Below, piece by piece: positions 26,109 to 32,000 of a stretch of DNA of 32,000 nucleotides (its first letter is position 1; each line of letters opens with the position of its first letter). Origin of the DNA: Rahnella bonaserana (GTDB taxonomy: Bacteria > Pseudomonadota > Gammaproteobacteria > Enterobacterales > Enterobacteriaceae); contig NZ_JAFMOW010000066.1 in the NCBI RefSeq assembly GCF_019049675.1, positions 305,615 through 337,614 of the forward strand, in the 5' to 3' direction. Position numbers and translations under genes: made by a program. The notes under the pieces are model-generated. The model did no database searches and had not been told where the DNA came from. It saw only the letters and a program-made list of their open reading frames with translations.

Positions 26109-27422
26109 ATGAATAAAGTCATTCCACTGGTGACACGTGAAGGCGATCGCATTGCGATTGTCGATGGTTTGCGTACGCCGTTTGCCAAACAGGCCACCGC
26201 CTATCACGGCATTCCCGCCGTAGACCTCGGCAAAATCGTGGTCAGTGAGTTACTGGCGAAAAGTGGGATCGACCCGAAGGTCATCGATCAGCTGGTATTC
26301 GGGCAAGTCGTGCAGATGCCGGAAGCCCCAAACATTGCGCGCGAAATTGTGCTCGGCACCGGCATGAATGTGTCGACCGACGCCTACAGCGTTTCGCGTG
26401 CCTGCGCCACCAGTTTTCAGGCGGTCGCTAACGTCGCTGAAAGTATTATGAGCGGGACGGTCAGCGTCGGGATTGCAGGCGGAGCGGATTCCTCTTCGGT
26501 ACTGCCGATTGGCGTCAGCAAACGTCTCGCCCGCGCCCTGGTGGACGTCAATAAAGCGCGCACGTTGTCGCAGCGGCTGTCTATATTCAGCAAACTGAAA
26601 CTGCGCGACCTGATGCCGGTCCCGCCTGCCGTGGCCGAATATTCCACCGGCCTGCGCATGGGTGATACCGCGGAACAGATGGCGAAAAGTCATAATATTT
26701 CCCGCGAACAGCAGGACGAACTGGCACACCGTTCGCACACGCTGGCGGCACAGGCGTGGGAGCAGGGCTATCTGAATTCTCAGGTGATGGCCGCGCAGGT
26801 TCCGCCTTACCGTGAGGTGCTGCAAAAAGACAACAATATCCGCCTGAACTCTGAAATCGGGCAATACGCCAAATTGCGTCCGGCGTTTGATCGCAAACAC
26901 GGCACCGTGACCGCCGCGACCAGTACACCGCTGACTGACGGCGCGGCAGCCGTACTCATGATGAGTGAATCGCGGGCGCGTGAACTCGGTCTGCAGCCTC
27001 TTGGTTATCTGAAAAGTTTTGCGTTTGCCGCCATCGACGTATGGGAAGACATGCTGCTCGGTCCGGCTTATGCCACACCCCTGGCGCTGGATCGTGCCGG
27101 ACTGACGCTTGGTGATCTCGACCTGATTGATATGCACGAGGCGTTTGCCGCGCAGACATTGGCGAATATCAAAATGTTGGCCAGTGATGAATTTGCTCGT
27201 GAAAAACTCGCGCGTACTCAGGCAGTTGGCGAAATAGACTGGGATAAATTTAACGTTCTCGGCGGTTCGCTGGCTTACGGGCATCCTTTTGCCGCTACAG
27301 GCGCACGAATGATTACCCAGACGTTGCATGAATTGCGCCGTCGCGGTGGAAAATACGGGCTGACGACCGCCTGTGCGGCCGGTGGGTTAGGCGCAGCCAT
27401 GATCCTGGAGGCAGCGCAATGA
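26109..27422 (+). CDS. fadI: 3-ketoacyl-CoA thiolase FadI (anaerobic beta-oxidation)
   Basis: 437-aa thiolase with the active-site region [10 protein letters not shown] and the C-terminal [12 protein letters not shown]. It is followed by fadJ. Confidence 0.92.
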   Translation: MNKVIPLVTREGDRIAIVDGLRTPFAKQATAYHGIPAVDLGKIVVSELLAKSGIDPKVIDQLVFGQVVQMPEAPNIAREIVLGTGMNVSTDAYSVSRACATSFQAVANVAESIMSGTVSVGIAGGADSSSVLPIGVSKRLARALVDVNKARTLSQRLSIFSKLKLRDLMPVPPAVAEYSTGLRMGDTAEQMAKSHNISREQQDELAHRSHTLAAQAWEQGYLNSQVMAAQVPPYREVLQKDNNIRLNSEIGQYAKLRPAFDRKHGTVTAATSTPLTDGAAAVLMMSESRARELGLQPLGYLKSFAFAAIDVWEDMLLGPAYATPLALDRAGLTLGDLDLIDMHEAFAAQTLANIKMLASDEFAREKLARTQAVGEIDWDKFNVLGGSLAYGHPFAATGARMITQTLHELRRRGGKYGLTTACAAGGLGAAMILEAAQ

Positions 27423-29620
27423 GGGACAATATGGAAAACCCAAACATTCCGGAAATCACCCCGGCAGAAACGGTTTCTGCTTTTTCGCTGATGTTTACCG
27501 CGGAGCACGTGGGGATTATCACCATCGACGTTCCCGGCGAAAAGGTGAATACCTTAAAGGCTGAATTCGCTCAACAAATTTGCGCCATTTTGCAAAAAGC
27601 CCAGCAATACCCCAGCCTTAAAGGCCTGGTGCTGGTTTCCGGCAAACCCGACTCTTTTATCGCGGGTGCGGATATCACCATGATATCGGGCTGCAAGACG
27701 GCGGCAGAGGCAAGCAATCTGGCGCAAAAAGGTCAGACTGTCATGTCGCAGATTGCTTCGTTTCCGGTGCCTGTCGTTGCGGCCATCCACGGTGCCTGTC
27801 TGGGCGGCGGTCTTGAGCTGGCGCTGGCGTGCCATGCGCGCGTCTGTTCCCTCGATGATAAAACCCAGCTCGGCCTGCCGGAGGTTCAGCTTGGCCTGCT
27901 GCCAGGATCCGGCGGTACGCAGCGTCTTCCACGTTTAATCGGCGCGCCGAAAGCGCTGGATATGATGTTAACCGGTCGCAGCATTCGCGCGAAACAGGCG
28001 CTGAGAATGGGGCTGGTGGATGACGCCGTGCCTTACTCTATTTTGCTGCAAACTGCGCTGGAGCGTGTGGCTAAAGGGCGTAAGTCGCGTCCGCCATTGC
28101 CGTGGCAGGCGCGGCTGGCCGGTGGCCCGTTGGGTAAAAGTGTGCTGTTTCATTTTGTGCGCAAACAGACCCGTGCCAAAACGCACGGTAATTACCCGGC
28201 GACCGAAAAAATTATTGATGTGGTGAAAACCGGTCTCGATCAGGGCAGCGGCAACGGCTATCAGGCTGAAGCGAAAGCCTTTGGCGAACTGGTCATGACG
28301 CCGGAATCCGCGGCATTACGCGGCCTGTTCTTCGCATCCACCGCACTGAAAAAAGAAAAGGGCGGCGATGCCGAACCTTTACCGGTGCGTCGCGTCGGCA
28401 TTCTGGGCGGCGGGCTGATGGGCGGTGGTATCGCCAACGTGACTGCCATCAAAGCCGGACTGCCGGTACGCATCAAAGATATAAATCAGGAAGGCATCCG
28501 TCATGCGCTGAAATACAGCTGGGATTTGCTGGAGAAAAAGGTGCGCAGCCGCAGGCTCACCCGTAACGAACAGCAACGCCAGATGATGCTGATTTCCGGC
28601 ACTACCGATTACAGCGGTTTTGCGCAGATTGATATCGTGGTGGAAGCGGTCTTTGAAGATTTATCCCTCAAGCAGTCGATGGTGGCGGAAATTGAAAATA
28701 ACGCCGCTCCGCGCACGATATTCGCTTCAAACACGTCTTCACTGCCTATCCATAAGATTGCAGAGCAGGCCAGCCGGCCTGAACAGGTGATCGGCCTGCA
28801 CTATTTCAGTCCGGTAGATAAAATGCCGCTGGTTGAAGTGATACCCCATGCAGGAACCAGTGCGCAGACGATTTCGACCACAGTTTCACTGGCGAAGAAA
28901 CAAGGGAAAACAGCGATTGTGGTCGGTGACAGCGCCGGGTTCTATGTAAACCGCATTCTGGCGCCGTACATCAATGAAGCTGCCCGCTGTCTGCTGGCGG
29001 GCGAACCTGTCGATCACATCGATAAAGCGCTGGTGAATTTCGGATTCCCGGTCGGCCCGATACAGTTGCTGGATGAAGTGGGTATTGATGTGGGCACCAA
29101 AATCGGTCCGATTCTGGTGGAGGCATTTGGTGAGCGTTTTGCTGCGCCATCGGGTTTTGATGCAGTGCTGAAAGACGACCGCAAAGGGCGTAAGAACGGC
29201 AAAGGTTTCTATTTGTACGGGCAAAAAGGCCGGGCGGCGAAGAAGAAACAGGTCGATCCTGCCATTTACCGGCTGCTGAATGTCACACCGAAAGCGCAGC
29301 AGTCAGAAGAAGAGATCGCGCAGCGCTGCGTGATGCTGATGCTCAACGAAGCGGTACGTTGTCTGGATGAGCAGGTTATCCGCAGTGCGCGGGATGGTGA
29401 TCTGGGTGCGGTGTTCGGCATTGGTTTCCCGCCATTCCGTGGTGGACCGTTCCGTTACATCGACACACTCGGTGTCACGAACGTTGTGAAAACCCTTCAA
29501 CAGCTGGCACAACGCTATGGCGAGCATTTCCTGCCATGCGAAGGGCTGGTGCGCAGGGCAGAGCAGGGCGAGCCTTGTTTTTTGACAGACGGCGCAAACG
29601 AAAAGGTCAGCAAAGTGTGA
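27419..29620 (+). CDS. fadJ: Fatty acid oxidation complex alpha subunit FadJ (enoyl-CoA hydratase / 3-hydroxyacyl-CoA dehydrogenase)
   Basis: Collinear with E. coli FadJ ([43 protein letters not shown]). The ATG at 27419 overlaps the fadI stop; an alternative start is the ATG at 27431. Confidence 0.9.
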   Translation: MRDNMENPNIPEITPAETVSAFSLMFTAEHVGIITIDVPGEKVNTLKAEFAQQICAILQKAQQYPSLKGLVLVSGKPDSFIAGADITMISGCKTAAEASNLAQKGQTVMSQIASFPVPVVAAIHGACLGGGLELALACHARVCSLDDKTQLGLPEVQLGLLPGSGGTQRLPRLIGAPKALDMMLTGRSIRAKQALRMGLVDDAVPYSILLQTALERVAKGRKSRPPLPWQARLAGGPLGKSVLFHFVRKQTRAKTHGNYPATEKIIDVVKTGLDQGSGNGYQAEAKAFGELVMTPESAALRGLFFASTALKKEKGGDAEPLPVRRVGILGGGLMGGGIANVTAIKAGLPVRIKDINQEGIRHALKYSWDLLEKKVRSRRLTRNEQQRQMMLISGTTDYSGFAQIDIVVEAVFEDLSLKQSMVAEIENNAAPRTIFASNTSSLPIHKIAEQASRPEQVIGLHYFSPVDKMPLVEVIPHAGTSAQTISTTVSLAKKQGKTAIVVGDSAGFYVNRILAPYINEAARCLLAGEPVDHIDKALVNFGFPVGPIQLLDEVGIDVGTKIGPILVEAFGERFAAPSGFDAVLKDDRKGRKNGKGFYLYGQKGRAAKKKQVDPAIYRLLNVTPKAQQSEEEIAQRCVMLMLNEAVRCLDEQVIRSARDGDLGAVFGIGFPPFRGGPFRYIDTLGVTNVVKTLQQLAQRYGEHFLPCEGLVRRAEQGEPCFLTDGANEKVSKV

Positions 29621-29665
29621 CTGCGGTCACTGCTTATTTCTGAGTTTCGCGGGAATCTGGAATAG

Positions 29666-29707
29666 ATCCTGCTTGTGGCCAGACGAAGGCCTGCGGGATC
29701 TTTTTTA
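29666..29707 (+). terminator. Probable Rho-independent terminator after fadJ
   Basis: GATCCTGC pairs with GCGGGATC (one G-U pair), with an inner GGCC/GGCC stem. TTTTTT follows. Confidence 0.55.
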
Positions 29708-30036
29708 TGGTGAGACTGACTTTGTACAGAAACGATCCCAAACGATTGATCTACAACCCGAGTGGTTAAATAATCGCCTGAATAGTTTACAAGCAGTAAG
29801 TGTTGGTGTAAAAAACAGCGTTTTCTTTACGTGAACTTTCAGGCAAAATGCCCGACCGCTGATACTTACCATGCAAAGCATGTGGGCACAGCCGGTTAAG
29901 TGGATGTACTGCCTTACAGCTATCTTGTAATGAGAAAGGTCATTTGAAACATGATGAAAAACAGCTGGGCAATGGGTAATACAGCACGCACGGCGTTTCT
30001 GTATAGCGCTATTTTTGTTAACAAAAGCGGTGCAAT

Positions 30037-30525
30037 ATGCAAGTTGTAATTATGCGTCACGGTGATGCAGTTCTCGAAGCTGCAAGCGACTCAGTTCGCC
30101 CGTTAAGCGAATGCGGATGTGACGAATCAGTACATATGGCGGCCTGGCTGAATGGCCGTGGCGTCAAAATTGATCGCGTTCTGGTCAGTCCTTACCTGCG
30201 TGCGCAGCAGACGCTTGAAAAGGTTCGCCAGTGTCTGTCTCTGCCTGAAAACGTAGAAATTGATATTCTCAAGGAACTGACGCCGGGCGGTGATCCTGCT
30301 CTGGTCGCCAGTGAACTGCAACATCTGGCGCTGACCGGCGTCAGTGCCGTGCTGGTGGTGTCCCACCTGCCGCTGGTCGGTTATCTGGTTGCAGAACTCT
30401 GTCCGGGCGTGTGCCCGCCGATGTTCGCTACGTCAGCCATGGCCAGCGTCGAGCTGAATGGTGAAACCGGGCAAGGGACTTTCGACTGGCAGTTCAGCCC
30501 GTGCCAGGTGATGGCCAAAGTATAA
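30037..30525 (+). CDS. sixA: Phosphohistidine phosphatase SixA
   Basis: 162 aa. MQVVIMRHGDA (RHG catalytic motif) and SHLPLVGYLVAELCPG match E. coli SixA. Confidence 0.92.
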   Translation: MQVVIMRHGDAVLEAASDSVRPLSECGCDESVHMAAWLNGRGVKIDRVLVSPYLRAQQTLEKVRQCLSLPENVEIDILKELTPGGDPALVASELQHLALTGVSAVLVVSHLPLVGYLVAELCPGVCPPMFATSAMASVELNGETGQGTFDWQFSPCQVMAKV

Positions 30526-30526
30526 T

Positions 30527-30647
30527 CCCCGTTATACTTCGCATTGCAGATGCGTTGGCTGCGCTCACTTACCCCGGTCACATAGTTATCTATGCTCCCT
30601 GGGATGCGTTCACTTGCCGCCTTCCTGCAATCCGAATTATTTAGGGG
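30527..30647. repeat. ERIC / IRU element (full length, about 121 bp)
   Basis: The element has an imperfect palindromic organisation. The internal stretch ...GCGTTGGCTGCGCTCACTTACCCCGGTCAC...GCTCCCTGGGATGCGTTCACTTGCCGCCTTCCTGCAATCCGAATTATTTAGGGG matches the remembered ERIC consensus. Confidence 0.75.
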
Positions 30648-30684
30648 ATCTGTTCTGAGACAGACAGGTCAGCGACAGACAAAA

Positions 30685-30712
30685 GAAAGGCACAGCTCCG
30701 GCTGTGCCTTTC
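30685..30712. terminator. Bidirectional terminator hairpin between the convergent sixA and smrB genes
   Basis: A perfect 12-bp stem pairs GAAAGGCACAGC with GCTGTGCCTTTC around the loop TCCG. Confidence 0.7.
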
Positions 30713-30735
30713 TCGTTTGCGGAAGCCGGGATGGG

Positions 30736-31275
30736 TCAGCTGATTTTGTCGTCCAGCTCCACCAGCACCAGCAGGGCGGCGGTGCCACCGAGTTCTTTCG
30801 GGGCCTGATGGAAGGCTTCGACGTCAGGATGCTGCGCCAGCCACAGCGGGGTTTGCTGCTTGAGAATATGCTTGCCGTGTCCGTGCATCACGCAGGCGCA
30901 ATGCACGTGTTCGCGGCGGCAGGCGGCGATCAGGGCACCCAGTTCCTGCTTGGCTTCTTTCTGCGTTAAACCGTGCAAATCAAGAAACAACTCTGGCGAG
31001 TAATCCCCGCGGCGTAATTTTTTCAATTCAAAATGACTGACGTCTTGCCGGATATGGCGGACCGGGCCGTCTTCCTGCAACATCGGCTGGAATTCATCAG
31101 AAAAATAATAACTCGCGTCCACCTGCTCCTGAAGCAGCTTTTTAGGCGACAGTTCTGCCCTCTTTTTTCTCGGCGGGCGGTGAGTAATTGTATCGTTTTT
31201 CAGGCGCTTGACGCCCGGTACAGCTTCACGGAATAACGCCGTTTCTTCCGGGCTGAGCAGGTGTTTTTTCTTCAT
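30736..31275 (-). CDS. smrB: Smr-domain ribosome rescue endonuclease SmrB
   Basis: The start is taken at [11 protein letters not shown] (ATG at 31275), matching E. coli SmrB MKKK...; the track ORF extends to a GTG at 31323. Conserved blocks are [24 protein letters not shown] and [20 protein letters not shown]. Confidence 0.9.
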   Translation of the reverse strand: MKKKHLLSPEETALFREAVPGVKRLKNDTITHRPPRKKRAELSPKKLLQEQVDASYYFSDEFQPMLQEDGPVRHIRQDVSHFELKKLRRGDYSPELFLDLHGLTQKEAKQELGALIAACRREHVHCACVMHGHGKHILKQQTPLWLAQHPDVEAFHQAPKELGGTAALLVLVELDDKIS

Positions 31276-31478
31276 CTTTTCATCGTCATTTTCGCTCAAT
31301 TCACACAGTGTACCTTCCGTCACCCTGCGGTTTAAAGAAAACTCAGGGTTAAATTCTTCGAGACATCGCGCAAGTGCGTTGACTAGCTGCTGATTTGTGG
31401 CGGGCTTCGTGGCAAACTATGCGGCAAATAATGGGTTAAACGTCTGTTAAAAACCCGTGCACTGCCTGGAGAATAAAA

Positions 31479-32000
31479 TTGGACAAAATTTTCGTCGACG
31501 AAGCTGTCAGTGAACTGCATACCATTCAGGATATGCTGCGCTGGACCGTCAGCCGCCTGAACGCGGCCAATGTCTATTACGGTCACGGCACCGATAACCC
31601 GTGGGACGAAGCAGTGCAGCTGGTTTTGCCAAGCGTGTTTTTGCCGCTGGACATTCCTGAAGATATGCACACTGCGCGTCTGACTTCCAGCGAGCGCCAC
31701 CGTATCGTTGAGCGAGTGATTCGCCGTGTTAACGAACGCGTACCGGTCGCCTATCTGACCAACAAAGCCTGGTTCTGCGACATGGAGTTTTATGTCGATG
31801 AGCGCGTGCTGGTGCCACGTTCGCCGATTGGTGAGCTTATCAACAACCGCTTCGCCGGGATTCTGCAGGATAAACCGCAGCACATTCTCGATATGTGTAC
31901 CGGCAGCGGCTGTATCGCTATCGCCTGTGCTTACGCGTTCCCTGAAACCGAAGTGGATGCGGTTGACATTTCTGCCGACGCGCTGGCTGTGGCTGAACGC
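31479..32000 (+). CDS. prmB: Ribosomal protein uL3 glutamine methyltransferase PrmB, N-terminal 174 codons; continues beyond the window
   Basis: Absent from the ORF track (TTG start, open at the window end). The translation from the TTG at 31479 (GGAG 8 nt upstream) is (M)[21 protein letters not shown]...[17 protein letters not shown]...[20 protein letters not shown], collinear with E. coli PrmB. Confidence 0.88.
   Translation, partial: MDKIFVDEAVSELHTIQDMLRWTVSRLNAANVYYGHGTDNPWDEAVQLVLPSVFLPLDIPEDMHTARLTSSERHRIVERVIRRVNERVPVAYLTNKAWFCDMEFYVDERVLVPRSPIGELINNRFAGILQDKPQHILDMCTGSGCIAIACAYAFPETEVDAVDISADALAVAER

Noticed and set aside
26250-27329. 359-aa ORF on the minus strand
   Set aside because: It is entirely antisense to fadI, which has unambiguous thiolase homology. 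Its Arg/Gly/His-rich composition is typical of a shadow ORF in GC-rich coding DNA.
29708-30036. 325-bp fadJ-sixA intergenic region examined for an sRNA, small ORF or repeat
   Set aside because: I could identify no ORF of 60 aa or more, no convincing promoter-terminator pair and no repeat, so nothing is called.
30592-30969. 125-aa plus-strand ORF
   Set aside because: It starts inside the ERIC repeat, crosses the terminator hairpin and is antisense to smrB.
31383-31883. 166-aa minus-strand ORF
   Set aside because: It is antisense to prmB. The plus-strand translation from the TTG at 31479 is collinear with E. coli PrmB.
1-32000. CRISPR arrays, rRNA genes, IS elements or transposase genes
   Set aside because: No regularly spaced direct repeats with unique spacers were seen, no rRNA-like sequence, and no DDE transposase-like ORFs or terminal inverted repeats.

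Overview
This is a chromosomal segment from an Enterobacterales genome. The core genes closely resemble E. coli orthologues and run: partial GNAT gene, LysR regulator, nlpA | tRNA-Arg(CCU) argW, yfdC, ccmABCDEFGH-ccmI, mlaA, fadL, yfcZ, fadI-fadJ, sixA, smrB, prmB (partial). A roughly 12.3 kb island (2139-14414) sits at the 3' end of argW, bounded by a perfect 22-bp direct repeat that duplicates the tRNA 3' end. The island looks like a P4-type phage satellite. It carries a P4/IntS-type integrase next to the tRNA, an AlpA/Vis-like regulator, and a divergent promoter region with three copies of the palindrome TGTGCGCACA. It also has a leftward operon (Icd-like ORF, 88-aa ORF, a second P2-type integrase, an 891-aa Zn-finger/Toprim/P-loop primase-helicase), an iteron-rich putative origin, a Sid-like capsid-size gene and a 19-nt P2/186-type cos-like site. 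Between cos and the distal att repeat is a sharply AT-rich block (about 2161-5860) with two translationally coupled large ORFs of 562 aa and 576 aa. I cannot place either ORF in a named defence family. The 576-aa protein has an N-terminal Mrr/PD-(D/E)xK-like motif pattern. The block occupies the cos-to-att slot that serves as a defence-cargo hotspot in P4-like satellites, so it is my lead candidate for an undescribed anti-phage system. Smaller observations include an unusual 225-bp spacer inside the ccm operon with an ERIC-like repeat arm, a full ERIC element after sixA, and FadR-type operator candidates at fadL and fadI. All homology statements come from reading the translations and from remembered family signatures. 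No searches were run.
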